Origin: Eledone cirrhosa
Taxonomy: Eukaryota
Direction: 5' to 3'
DNA: 64,000 nucleotides
NCBI GenBank assembly: GCA_964016885.1
Contig: OZ024764.1
Location: 15,128,001-15,192,000 of the forward strand
A program made the translations under genes and the position numbers. Within the stretch, counting starts at the first letter, position 1. Each line of letters starts with the position of its first letter. The notes below the pieces were generated by a model. That model was not told the DNA's origin. It did no database searches and was given only the letters and a program-made list of their open reading frames with translations. This document shows, piece after piece, positions 42,878-57,624 of the stretch.

Positions 42878-43487
42878 CATACTTTCACACACCTTACATT
42901 GCCAAAATACTGTTATGCATAATTAATGTGTTTTTTTTTTTTGGCCATGGCACACAGACAACACCAACACCACCACCGCTACACTACACTTACCACCTTC
43001 ACCACACCACACCACACCACCACAGAAGCTCCAACATCCCCTTAGCCAGCAAACCCACAAAGTTCACACCTCAAATCTATTAGCAATCAAACACATATAT
43101 ATATTTATAAGTACACACCAACATACAGACACATGTATATATAATTATATGTGTGTATATTCTTCCATAACTCCTATATATTCTTGAGTAACCCCTCACC
43201 GTACGTCAACTCTATCTAGTGTAGTAATTAACCATTACTGCATTCAGGATAATCCTAAACATTTCTTGCATAACCTAATATATATATATATTATATAACG
43301 AAGGAAATGTGGTAAGGAACCAGATGGACCATAACGCACCAAAGTACTCAATACTTAGGGTAGTAGAGTGGGTAATAGGAACGAGTGGGACCCCGACGGC
43401 TGAGCTCAAGCCGTTTCGACAGCTAATTCTGTCCAGAATTAGCCGTCGAAACGGCTTGAGCTCAGCCGTCGGGGTCCCACTCGTCCC

Positions 43488-43550
<63 letters not shown>

Positions 43551-43898
43551 ATGGCTTCTACAGGACGAGAAGTGTTTCATTAAAAAAAAATCATAATTTT
43601 GATTTCGTTTGAAGGAAACAGTTCTAGTCCTGTAGAAGCCATTTCTATATTAAACTTGATGTTTACACTCTAATTACTAATGTATTGAGTACCTTACTAA
43701 CTGTGGTTACTCCTGATTGAACCCGAGATTCACATATATATCTAAATAAATAAATAAATATATATATATACATATATATATATGTATATATGTATATATA
43801 TATATATGTATGTAAAAGGTAAACAGAAATAACAACACAATCAGTACAGTATATGGAAGGGATATATTAGGTTAACGTTTGATATAGCAGAAAGAGGG

Positions 43899-43934
43899 TC
43901 TTAACGTTTCGGACGCTAGTCCTTCATCAGAAGA
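43899..43934 (-). ncRNA. Minimal hammerhead motif (family F), identical to 39712-39747
   Basis: Same TCTT-CTGATGA-AGGACTAGCGTCC-GAAACGTT-AAGA string within a ~230 bp dispersed repeat. Confidence 0.75.
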
Positions 43935-44056
43935 AAGAATGAGAAATAAGATAGATTGAGGGGACGGGCGGGTTGGAATTGGAAAAAATGTCTTTAGATA
44001 AAAATAACAGGTCCCTTGATGTTGACATCTCTTGTATCCAAATCAAAGATTTCTAT

Positions 44057-44110
44057 CTGATGAATGACTTCAGACGCCTCTCTTAGAATCGTCTGACTTC
44101 GTGAAACCTT
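44057..44110 (+). ncRNA. Hammerhead core with long stem II, 3' side replaced by a SINE
   Basis: CTGATGA-ATGA-CT-TCAGACG/CGTCTGA-CT-TCGT-GAAACCTT, then SINE sequence. Confidence 0.55.
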
Positions 44111-44111
44111 G

Positions 44112-44470
44112 GGGCTTGCAATCGAAAGGTTGTGAGTTCAATTCTCAGACCGGGTGATGTGTTGTTTCCTTGGGCAAGACACTTTATTTCACATTGCTCC
44201 AGTTCACTCAGCTGTAGAAATGAGATGATAGGACTGGGGTCCCTATCATTCCACTGTAAAGTGGTCGTGGAGGTGCCACGGCAAAAAAGCACCCAGCACT
44301 CACTGTAAATGAGGTTGGTGTTAGGAAGGGCATCCAGCTGTAGAAATCAAGCCAGAATGAGTTCCCGTGTGAGCAAGACAAGGTCAGCCGACCGGACACT
44401 GCCCACAACAGGACAACCCGTCTAACCCATGCTAGCGTGGAAGAACGGATGAAAAATGGTGATGATGATG
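44112..44470 (+). mobile_element. SINE family 1 with longer tail variant
   Basis: B box, core and AACCCATGCTAGCGTGGAAG..GATGATGATG tail. Confidence 0.8.
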
Positions 44471-44511
44471 ATATATATATGGTTGTATATATGTGTATAT
44501 ATATGGTTGTA

Positions 44512-44552
<41 letters not shown>

Positions 44553-44929
44553 TATGGAAACATCATCGACTACACCAACAACGACAACCATAACTACAAC
44601 AACAACAACAACTACAACAACAACAGCAACAGCAACAGCAACAACAGCATCTACAACAACACCAACAACAAGATCAACCACTTCGTGGTTCAATGATTTT
44701 CTGGTAGGGAAGGATCACCATTCAGCTGTAAAAATAATTGCTTGTACTTAAAATTGAAAATTTACTATTGATGAGGAAATAAATTTTTTAAATAACCACG
44801 ACGACGACAACAACAACAACAACAGCAACAACAACGACAACAATAACAAGAACAACAACAACGACAACAACAACAACAATAACAACAACAACGACAACAA
44901 CAACGACAACAATAACAACAATAATAAAG

Positions 44930-45550
44930 GTTTCTACTTTAGGAACAAGGCCAGCAATTTAGGGGGAGGGGAAAGTCAATTAAATCGACCCCATGGCGTG
45001 ACTGCTACTTTATTTTATCGACCTCCCGTAAGGATGGAAGGCAAAGTTAACCTCGGAGGGTTTTGAACTCAGAACGTAAAGGGTCGTAACTCTATACTAC
45101 AAAGCATGGCGTCCAACGCTCTACCGATTCTGCCAATGGTTTCTTATATAGGAACAAGGCCAGCAATTTAGGGGGAGGGGAAAGTCAATTAAATCGACCC
45201 CATTGTGTGACTGGTACTTTATTTTATCGACCTCCCGTAAGGATGGAAGGCAAAGTTAACCTCGGAGGGTTTTGAACTCAGAACGTAAAGGGTCGTAACT
45301 CTATACTACAAAGCATGGCGTCCAACGCTCTACCGATTCTGCCAATGGTTTCTTATATAGGCACAAGGCCAGCAATTTAGGGGGAGGGGAAAGTCAATTA
45401 AATCGACCCCACTGTGTTACTGGTACTTTATTTTATCGACCTGCCGTAAGGATGGAAGGCAAAGTTAACCTCGGCGGGATTTGAACTCAGAACGTAAAGG
45501 GCTGTAACTCCATGCCACAAAAGCATTTTCTCCGGTACTCTACCGATTCT
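44930..45550 (-). mobile_element. tRNA-derived SINE family 3, three head-to-tail copies (209-bp period)
   Basis: GG(A/C)ACAAGGCC recurs at 44942, 45151 and 45360. A monomer lies at 62555-62740 (+) with GAGTTCAAATCCC. Confidence 0.8.
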
Positions 45551-45609
45551 GATGATTCACCGTCCAGTACACACTGTAAAGTGGTCGTGTAGGTGACTAG
45601 ACAAACAGC

Positions 45610-48600
45610 ACCCCACCACACCAGCACCACCACCACGACCACCAACACCACCACACCAACACCACCACCATGCCAATACAGCCACAACACCGCACCTCAC
45701 CAGACTATGCAAACACCACCGCCACACTGCACCACACCACCACCAACACTACTACTACAACACCACCACTACCACCAACACCACCACCACTACCACCACC
45801 ACCACCACTACCACCAACACCACCACCATGCCAATACAGCCACAACACCGCACCTCACCAGACTATGCAAACACCACCGCCACACTGCACCACACCACCA
45901 ACACTACTACTACTACAACACCACACTGCACCACTGCATCACATGACCACACCAACACTGCCAACACCACACTGCCACCTACACCACACCACCACTACCA
46001 ACACCACACCACCACTACCAACACCACACCACCACACCACCACTACCAACACCAAACCACTACCAACACCACACCAACACCCCTACCAACACCACTACCA
46101 CTACCAACACCACACCACTACCACCACACCACCACTACCAACACCACACCACTACCACCACACCACCACTACCAACACCACACCACTACCACCACACCAC
46201 CACTACCAACACCACACCACCACCAAACCAACACCACTACCAACACCACTACCAACACCACACCACACCAACACCACACCAACACCCCTACCAACACCAC
46301 TACCACTACCAACACCACTACCACCACAACACCACTACCACTACCAAGACCACTACCAACACCACACCAACACCCCTACCAACACCACTACCACTACCAA
46401 CACCAAACCACTTCCAACACCACACCACTACCACCACAACACCACTACCAACACCAAACCACTACCAACACCACACCAACACCCCTACCAACACCACTAC
46501 CACTACCAACACCACTACCAACACCAAACCACTTCCAACACCACACCACTACCACACCAACACCCCTACCAACACCACTACCACTACCAACACCACTACC
46601 AACACCAAACCACTACCAACACCACACCAGACAATGCAAAGGCAATTAGTGAGATCTAGTAGACAAGGTGTGGAAAATGTATTAAAGAATGACAGAGGAG
46701 GGGGGGTGTTGTTGTTGTTGTTGTTGTTGTTGTTGCACATTTATACTGCATACTTGCTTTGCAGATGTGCATGTGTAGGTGTGGGTGTTGTACCACTTTC
46801 AATATATAGAGGTGATGGCTTTTGTATGTGTGTATATATGTGTGCATATGAGTTTATATATATATGTCTATGTATATGAGTTTATATATGTATATATATT
46901 GTAAAGGTGTGTGGCTGAGTGGTTAGAGAATTGGATTGGCAATCTTGAGGTTGTGAGTTCGATTCCCGGACCAGGCGATGTGTTATGTCCTTGGGCAAGA
47001 CACTTTATTTCACGTTGCTCCTTCTACCTGGAGTTGCGACCGATAGATAGTATTAGCAACTAGAAAGACCAGCGGAAACATTGTTTCCTTGGTCCAATTT
47101 GACAAAAGTCGATCGACTATATATATATATACACACACACATTATCATCATCATCATCATCACTGTTTAATATCCATTTTTCCACGCTAGCATGGGTTAG
47201 ATGAGTTGTCCTGTTGTGAGCAATGTTAGGTTGGTTGACCATGTCTTTCTCATACAGAACTGATTTTGACTTGGTTTCTACGGCTGGATGCCCTTCCTAA
47301 CACCAACCACATTTACAGTGAGTGCTGGGTGTTTTTTGTCATGACACCTATATGACTACTTTACAGAGTGGACTGGGAGCTTTTTGTCATGACACCTACA
47401 TGACGCCTTTACAGTGTGGACTGGGTGCTTTTTGTTGTGATACCTACATGACCACTTTACAGTGTGGACTGGGTGCTTTTTGTTGTGATACCTACATGAC
47501 CACTTTACAGTGTGGACTGGGTGCTTTTTGTTGTGATACCTACATGACCACTTTACAGTGTGGACTGGGTGCTTTTTGTTGTGATACCTACATGACCACT
47601 TTACAGAGTGGACTGGGAGCTTTTTGTCATGACACCTACATGACGCCTTTACAGTGTAGACTGGGTGCTTTTTGTCATGACACCTACATGACGCCTTTAC
47701 AGTGTAGACTGGGTGCTTTTTGTCATGACACCTACATGACCACTTTACAGTGTGGACTGGATGCTTTTTGTTGTGATACCTACATGACCACTTTACAGTG
47801 TGGACTGGGTGCTTTTTACAACTCAGGTTGTAAAGGGCCATAACTCCATGCCGCAAAGCATGGTGTCGGATGCTCTACCGATTCCTCAAAACCAATAATA
47901 GTTTCTACTATATTAACAAAACCAACAAGAGGGTAAAGTCGATTAAATCAAGACGAAAGGCAAAGTTAACCTTGACGAGATATGAACTCAGGTCGTAAAG
48001 GGCCATAACTCTATGCCACGACGCATGTTGTCCCCGACGCTCTACCGATTATTACTACTACTACTACTGTTGCCAATTCTCATTAACAATAATAATAGTA
48101 ATAATAGCTTCGATTGGCGTGGGGCCAGATATTGTACGGTGGGGAGACCTAGGATTCCTTAACATTCGCTGGCACCTGCCTACCCCTCTACCTGGGTATG
48201 TATGTAGTCTACCCCACCATCTCATATCTACGCACCTGTATACACCACCGCCACCACCACTGTCATCATCACCACCACCACCACAGCAATAACTATCACA
48301 TTGCAATCATCATCACAATCATCACCACCACCAACACCACCACCAACACCAACACCACCACACCATCACCACCACCATCACCACCACCAACACCACCACC
48401 AACGCCACCACCAACGCCACCACCACCACCACCATCACCACCAACATCATCACCAACACCACACCATCACCAACACCACCACCATCACCACACCATCACC
48501 ACCACCACCACCACCACCACCACCACCACCACCATCACCATCACCACCACCAACACCACCACCAACACCACCACCAACACCAACACCACCACCACCATCA

Positions 48601-49320
48601 CCACACCATCACCACCACCAACACCACCACCACCATCACCACCACCACCATCACCACACCATCACCATCACCAACACCACCACCACCAACACCACCACCA
48701 TCACCATCACCACCACCAACACCACCACCAACACCAACACCACCACCACCATCACCACACCATCACCACCACCAACACCACCACCACCATCACCACCACC
48801 ACCATCACCACACCATCACCATCACCAACACCACCACCACCAACACCATCACCACCAACACCACCACCAACACCACCACCAACACCAACACCACCACACC
48901 ACCACCAACACCACCACCAACGCCACCACCACCACCACCATCACCACCAACATCATCACCAACACCAACACCACCACCACCATCACCACACCATCACCAC
49001 AACCAACACCACCACCACCACCATCACCACCACCACCATCACCACACCATCACCATCACCAACACCACCACCACCACCACCAACACCACCACCATCACCA
49101 CACCACCACCAACACCACCATCACCAACACCACCACCACCACCACCACCAACACCACCACCACCACCAACACCACCACCATCACCACACCATCACCAACA
49201 CCACCACCACCACCACCATCACCACCACCAACACCACCACCACCAACACCACCACCACCACCACCACCACCACCACCACCCCCACCACCATCACCCCCTC
49301 CCCCACCCCCACCATTGTCA
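45610..49320. repeat. (CCA/CAA/CTA)n cryptic simple repeats (45610-46630 and 48240-49320)
   Basis: Direct reading; yields T/P/H-rich pseudo-ORFs. Confidence 0.85.
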
Positions 49321-49475
49321 TCAGCAGGAGCTATATCACCCCACCATAAAATCTCTGAAATCTGATTCCAATTTAACAAGAGAAATGGTGGCTGTTGTGT
49401 GTATATATACACATATGTATATATACACACAGGGGGGTATATATATATGTGTGTGTGTGTGTGTATTGGTCTGTG

Positions 49476-49517
<42 letters not shown>

Positions 49518-49691
49518 CGTATGTGTGTATATATATATATATGTATGTATGTGTGTATATATGTATGTATGTATGTGTGTATATATATATATGTGAGAGA
49601 GTGGTTGTATATGTGTGTGTGTATATATATATGTGTGAGAGTGGTTGTATATGTTTGTGTGTATATATATATGTGTGAGAGTGGTTGTATA

Positions 49692-49733
<42 letters not shown>

Positions 49734-49901
49734 GGAGAGTGTGTGTATATATGTGTGCGTGAGTGTATAAATAGGTGTATTGATATATTTACATAACAGA
49801 TTTAAGTGTGTATATAAGTTACTTAAATTGTGTTATGTATTAAGTATTTACGTCAAAATACCTGAGAAATGGGTATATATATGTGTATATATATGTGTAT
49901 A

Positions 49902-49970
<69 letters not shown>

Positions 49971-51193
49971 GTGAGTGTGTGTGTAAAATGACATGCATCA
50001 TCATCATCATCATCATCACTGTTTAACCACCATTTTCCATGCTAGCATGGGTTAGACATGTTCTGTTGTGGGAGAAGTTAGATCAGGTGACCATGTCTTG
50101 TTCATACAGATCTGTATCTTCGTTTCTCCAGCTCAATGCCCTTCTTAACACCCAGTCCACTCATTTACAGTGAGGACTGGGTACTTTTTGCTGTGACACC
50201 TACATGACCACTTTACAGTGTGGACTGGGTGCTTTTTGTCATGACACCTACATGACCACTTTACAGTGTGGACTGGGTACTTCTTGTTGTGACACCTACA
50301 TGACCACTTTACAGTGTGGACTGGGTACTTTTTGTTGTGACACCTACATGACCACTTTACAGTGTGGACTGGGTACTTTTTGTTGTGACACCTACATGAC
50401 CACTTTACAGTGTGGACTGGGTGCTTTTTGTTGTGACACCTACATGACCACTTTACAGTGAGGACTGGGTGTTTTTTGTTGTGACACCTACATGACCACT
50501 TTACAGTGTGGACTGGGTACTTTTTGTTGTGACACCTACATGACCACTTTACAGTGTGGACTGGGTACTTTTTGTCATGACACCTACATGACCACTTTAC
50601 AGTGAGGACTGGGTACTTTTTGTTGTGATACCTACATGACCACTTTACAGTGAGGACTGGGTACTTTCTGTTGTGATACCTACATGACCACTTTACAATG
50701 TGGACTGGGTACTTTCTGTTGTGATACCTACATGACCACTTTACAGTGTGGACTGGGTACTTTTTGTTGTGACACCTACATGACCACTTTACAGTGTGGA
50801 CTGGGTGCTTTTTGTCATGACTCCTACATGACCACTTTACAGTGTGAACTGGGTAGTTTATCATATATATATAAGTGTGTGTGTATGTGAGAAGAATACT
50901 CAAGTACATAAGATACCACGCAGTCAAGGACATATGAAGGGAAGTTCAACACTCGCACCACTAATCTATGCACCCAAAAATACCACCGATACCTAACTCT
51001 ATTTTAATTTCGTTTACTTAGTGGTTCCCCATTCTGTTTCAGTTCTATTTTTAGAAACTATATATCATCAGCATCATTTTACGTCCGCTTTTCCCTTCTT
51101 GTATGTATATATATATATGTATATATATACTAACTAAATATATATACTAAATATATATGTATGTATGCATATAGATACTAAATATATATGTAA

Positions 51194-51251
<58 letters not shown>

Positions 51252-51274
51252 TAAATATATATATATGTATATAC

Positions 51275-51376
<102 letters not shown>

Positions 51377-51453
51377 TAAATATATATGCAAGTATATATA
51401 TATGTATGTATATATATACTAAATATATATGTATGTATATATATATATACTAA

Positions 51454-51572
<119 letters not shown>

Positions 51573-51596
51573 CATACATACATATATATATATATG

Positions 51597-51643
<47 letters not shown>

Positions 51644-51649
51644 ATATAC

Positions 51650-51743
<94 letters not shown>

Positions 51744-51870
51744 TGATATAAATATAAACAGGGAATATCTCAGATTTCCTACAAGTGTACAATCCTCAGT
51801 CAGGCAGAAAGAATTTTGTAAGCTGGTGAATCTACTTTGATCAATTAGAAAAGACTGAGTTACAAACTGA

Positions 51871-51908
<38 letters not shown>

Positions 51909-52040
51909 CGAAGGAAATGTGGTAAGGAACCAGGTGGACCATAACGCACCTAAGTACTCAATACTTAGGGTAGTAGAGTGGGTAATAGGAACGAGTAGGA
52001 CCCCGACGGCTGAGCTCAAGCCGTTTCGACGGCTAATTCT

Positions 52041-52086
<46 letters not shown>

Positions 52087-52089
52087 GTA

Positions 52090-52196
<107 letters not shown>

Positions 52197-52219
52197 ATAT
52201 ATATATATATGTATGTATG

Positions 52220-52314
<95 letters not shown>

Positions 52315-52628
52315 ATATATATATATATGTATATATATATGTATATATGTATATATATATATAGAGATTTAACCCCCTTCTAGCGGGTCCGGGTGAGTTT
52401 TTTACATTCATTTAAATTATTGATTTATTGATATTTTATTTGAGTGACCCCAATCTTCCTGGTCGTTCTTTTTCGGCTGTACGGGTGATTTTAGGCATGA
52501 TCTCTATGTGTTGGTAATTTAACGATGGTTATAGCTCTGATTTATCCAAATTATTGAGCCCTCTGCCACACATATCGGATTTTGTTTATCGTTAATTCGT
52601 GAGCTGTTTTTCCGATTCTCGATTATTC

Positions 52629-52680
<52 letters not shown>

Positions 52681-52997
52681 ATATAAGCAAATGGATATTT
52701 AGTTTGTTGGTAATTCAACAAATATAAATGTTTATAACTGATTCAAAGCACTCAACAGTTTTCTGGAGTATAATATCAATAATATTAATAAATGGAAACT
52801 ATATTTATAAAACCATATTTATTCTATTATATATATTTCAAGGGTACCATCAAGTGGAACAAACCCGTCTAACCCATGCTAGCAAGGAAGATGGACATTA
52901 AACGATGATGATGATGTTATATATATGTATGTATAGGTGTATATATATATATTTGTATAATATATATCTATATATATATGTATAATACATATGTATA

Positions 52998-53072
<75 letters not shown>

Positions 53073-53506
53073 ATATAGATAATATACCCCCACACCCTCC
53101 CACTGCAAAGTGGTCGTGGAGGTGTCATGACAAAAAGCACCCAGCACTCACTGTAAATGAGGTTGGTGTTAGGAAGGGCATCCAGCTGTAGAAATCAAGC
53201 CAGAATCACTTCCTGTATGAGCAAGACAAGGTAAGCCGACCGGACACTGCCCACAACAGGACAACCCGTCAAACCCATGCTAGCGTGGAAAAACGGACGT
53301 AAAACGGTAATGATGATGATGATGATATATATATATATTTATATGGGGGGAAGTTATAGTTCACTTGAAGCATTGCGTAATGAGGTATAAACGTTTGCAT
53401 ATGTATAATAAAGCCAAAACAATGCAGGTATGGACATAGAATAAAGAATGCAAATGCAAAAGATATTGTTGACAATTAGTCTTTTACCTTAGATTTATTT
53501 AAATGT

Positions 53507-53541
53507 CCTTAATTTTCGAGATAATATCTCTTCTTCGGAGG
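53507..53541 (-). ncRNA. Minimal hammerhead motif, U4C variant (family G), left arm of palindrome
   Basis: Reverse complement of 53629-53663. Confidence 0.6.
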
Positions 53542-53628
53542 GAAGTAAAGCGGTTAAACCAGTGTTCTAAATAGCTTGCCAAGTCATTTAGCAAGCTATT
53601 TAGAACACTGGTTTAACCGCTTTACTTC

Positions 53629-53663
53629 CCTCCGAAGAAGAGATATTATCTCGAAAATTAAGG
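53629..53663 (+). ncRNA. Minimal hammerhead motif, U4C variant (family G), right arm of palindrome
   Basis: CCT-CCGAAGA-A-GAGAT(ATT)ATCTC-GAA-AATT-A-AGG. Confidence 0.6.
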
Positions 53664-53784
53664 ACATTTAAATAAATCTAAGGTAAAAGACTAATTGTCA
53701 ACAATATCTTTTGCATTTGCTTTCTTTATTCTATGTCCATACCTGCATTGTTTTGGCTTTATTATACATATGCAAACATTTATA

Positions 53785-53815
<31 letters not shown>

Positions 53816-53941
53816 GCACGATCGAGACATGGTCTCACGACCATTCCCGCATCAAATGGAACAAAACCGTCTAACCCATGCCAACGTGGAAGATGGACGT
53901 TAAGCGATGATGATGATATATATGTATGTGGAAGATATATG

Positions 53942-53992
<51 letters not shown>

Positions 53993-54019
53993 TATATATA
54001 TATATATGTGTGTGTATAT

Positions 54020-57000
54020 ATGAATGTGCAATGTTAATGTACGTGAATGACCAAGCATGGATGAGTTGAGAGAGAAACTGTGTATAAGAGGGATAAGTTG
54101 TGGTGTGCGGGAGAGAAGACTGAGATGGTATGGACATGTGATGTGTTGAGAGAGAAACTGGGTATAAGAGGGATAAGTTGTGGTGTGTAGGAGAGAAGAC
54201 TGAGATGGTATGGACATGTGATGTGTTGAGAGAGAAACTGTGTATAAGAGGGATAAGTTGTGGTGTGCGGGAGAGAAGACTGAGATGGTATGGACATGTG
54301 ATGTGTTGAGAGAGAAACTGGGTATAAGAGGGATAAGTTGTGGTGTGTAGGAGAGAAGACTGAGATGGTATGGACATGTGATGTGTTGAGAGAGAAACTG
54401 TGTATAAGAGGGATAAGTTGTGGTGTGTGGGAGAGAAGACTGAGATGGTATGGACATGTGATGTGTTGAGAGAGAAACTGGGTATAAGGGGAATAAGTTG
54501 TGGTGTGTGGGAGAGAAGACTGAGGTGGTATGGACATGTGATGTGTTGAGAGAGAAACTGTGTATAAGAGGGATAAGTTGTGGTGTGTGGGAGAGAAGAC
54601 TGAGATGGTATGGACATGTGATGTGTTGAGAGAGAAACTGTGTATAAGAGGGATAAGTTGTGGTGTGCGGGAGAGAAGACTGAGATGGTATGGACATGTG
54701 ATGTGTTGAGAGAGAAACTGGGTATAAGAGGGATAAGTTGTGGTGTGGGGGAGAGAAGACTGAGATGGTATGGACATGTGATGTGTTGAGAGAGAAACTG
54801 TGTATAAGAGGGATAAGTTGTGGTGTGCGGGAGAGAACACTGAGATGGTATGGACATGTGATGTGTTGAGAGAGAAACTGTGTATAAGAGGGATAAGTTG
54901 TGGTGTGTGGGAGAGAAGACTGAGATGGTATGGACATGTGATGTGTTGAGAGAGAAACTGGGTATAAGAGCGATAAGTTGTGGTGTGTGGGAGAGAAGAC
55001 TGAGATGGTATGGACATGTGATGTGTTGAGAGAGAAACTGTGTATAAGAGGGATAAGTTGTGGTGTGTGGGAGAGAAGACTGAGATGGTATGGACATGTG
55101 ATGAGTTGAGAGAGAAACTGGGTATAAGGGGAATAAGTTGTGGTGTGTGGGAGAGAAGACTGAGATGGTATGGACATGTGATGTGTTGAGAGAGAAACTG
55201 GGTATAAGAGGGATAAGTTGTAGTGTGTGGGAGAGAAGACTGAGATGGTATGGACATGTGATGTGTTGAGAGAGAAACTGTGTATAAGAGGGATAAGTTG
55301 TAGTGTGTGGGAGAGAAGACTGAGATGGTATGGACATGTGATGTGTTGAGAGAGAAACTGTGTATAAGAGGGATAAGTTGTGGTGTGCGGGAGAGAACAC
55401 TGAGATGGTATGGACATGTGATGAGTTGAGAGAGAAACTGGGTATAAGGGGAATAAGTTGTGGTGTGTGGGAGAGAAGACTGAGATGGTATGGACATGTG
55501 ATGAGTTGAGAGAGAAACTGGGTATAAGAGGGATAAGTTGTAGTGTGTGGGAGAGAAGACTGAGATGGTATGGACATGTGATGTGTTGAGAGAGAAACTG
55601 GGTATAAGAGGGATAAGTTGTGGTGTGTGGGAGAGAAGACTGAGATGGTATGGACATGTGATGTGTTGAGAGAGAAACTGTGTATAAGAGGGATAAGTTG
55701 TGGTGTGTGGGAGAGAAGACTGAGATGGTATGGACATGTGATGTGTTGAGAGAGAAACTGGGTATAAGGGGAATAAGTTGTGGTGTGTGGGAGAGAAGAC
55801 TGAGGTGGTATGGACATGTGATGTGTTGAGAGAGAAACTGTGTATAAGAGGGATAAGTTGTGGTGTGTGGGAGAGAAGACTGAGATGGTATGGACATGTG
55901 ATGTGTTGAGAGAGAAACTGTGTATAAGAGGGATAAGTTGTGGTGTGCGGGAGAGAAGACTGAGATGGTATGGACATGTGATGTGTTGAGAGAGAAACTG
56001 TGTATAAGAGGGATAAGTTGTGGTGTGCGGGAGAGAACACTGAGATGGTATGGACATGTGATGTGTTGAGAGAGAAACTGTGTATAAGAGGGATAAGTTG
56101 TGGTGTGTGGGAGAGAAGACTGAGATGGTATGGACATGTGATGTGTTGAGAGAGAAACTGGGTATAAGAGCGATAAGTTGTGGTGTGTGGGAGAGAAGAC
56201 TGAGATGGTATGGACATGTGATGTGTTGAGAGAGAAACTGTGTATAAGAGGGATAAGTTGTGGTGTGTGGGAGAGAAGACTGAGATGGTATGGACATGTG
56301 ATGAGTTGAGAGAGAAACTGGGTATAAGGGGAATAAGTTGTGGTGTGTGGGAGAGAAGACTGAGATGGTATGGACATGTGATGTGTTGAGAGAGAAACTG
56401 GGTATAAGAGGGATAAGTTGTAGTGTGTGGGAGAGAAGACTGAGATGGTATGGACATGTGATGTGTTGAGAGAGAAACTGTGTATAAGAGGGATAAGTTG
56501 TAGTGTGTGGGAGAGAAGACTGAGATGGTATGGACATGTGATGTGTTGAGAGAGAAACTGTGTATAAGAGGGATAAGTTGTGGTGTGCGGGAGAGAACAC
56601 TGAGATGGTATGGACATGTGATGAGTTGAGAGAGAAACTGGGTATAAGGGGAATAAGTTGTGGTGTGTGGGAGAGAAGACTGAGATGGTATGGACATGTG
56701 ATGAGTTGAGAGAGAAACTGGGTATAAGAGGGATAAGTTGTAGTGTGTGGGAGAGAAGACTGAGATGGTATGGACATGTGATGTGTTGAGAGAGAAACTG
56801 GGTATAAGAGGGATAAGTTGTGGTGTGTGGGAGAGAAGACTGAGATGGTATGGACATGTGATGTGTTGAGAGAGAAACTGTGTATAAGAGGGATAAGTTG
56901 TGGTGTGAGGGAGAGAACACTGAGATGGTATGGACATGTGATGAGTTGAGAGAGAAACTGGGTATAAGAGGGATAAGTTGTGGTGTGTGGGAGAGAAGAC

Positions 57001-57385
57001 TGAGATGGTATGGACATGTGATGTGTTGAGAGAGAAACTGTGTATAAGAGGGATAAGTTGTGGTGTGTGGGAGAGAAGACTGAGATGGTATGGACATGTG
57101 ATGTGTTGAGAGAGAAACTGGGTATAAGAGGGATAAGTTGTGGTGTGTGGGAGAGAAGACTGAGATGGTATGGACATGTGATGTGTTGAGAGAGAAACTG
57201 TGTATAAGAGGGATAAGTTGTGGTGTGTGGGAGAGAAGACTGAGGTGGTATGGACATGTGGTGTACATGGAGGATGACTGTTGGGTAAATAAGTGCCAAG
57301 AAATCCCAGTAGAAGGAAGACACAGTAGAGGAAGACCACAAAAAACATGGGTGGAGGTGGTGAGAGCAGACCTCAGATCTCTGAA
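54020..57385 (+). repeat. RTE LINE fragment with an 80-bp coding segment amplified ~40 times (54061-57260)
   Basis: Unit ATGTGTTGAGAGAGAAACTG...TGGACATGTG, flanked on both sides by colinear LINE sequence. Variants recur at 1200 bp spacing. Confidence 0.92.
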
Positions 57386-57529
57386 GCCCGTTATAATAGG
57401 TTGATTGAGTTGGGGCCCAGAACCCAACAAAACTGAAGTACCTGTTATATTTCACTGTTGTAACTACTTATACTAAACTTGTCCTATGGACTGAGTGCTC
57501 TTACTCTTGGATATTTCTCCCAAACTTTT

Positions 57530-57624
<95 letters not shown>

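Noticed and set aside
48108-48196. Plus-strand candidate exon ending in GG|GTATGT
   Set aside because: Poor acceptor and unrecognised peptide; more likely a transposon remnant.
51762-51817. Plus-strand AG..GTAAG candidate exon ([18 protein letters not shown])
   Set aside because: No pyrimidine tract, no partner exons and no recognisable protein.
52380-52630. Possible Penelope GIY-YIG C-terminal remnant (..WIN..L*PSLN)
   Set aside because: Needs a frameshift and a stop; too short to support without a search.
53871-57455. Three >1100-aa minus-strand ORFs
   Set aside because: Antisense of an 80-bp tandem repeat that lacks stops in all frames; not a protein gene.
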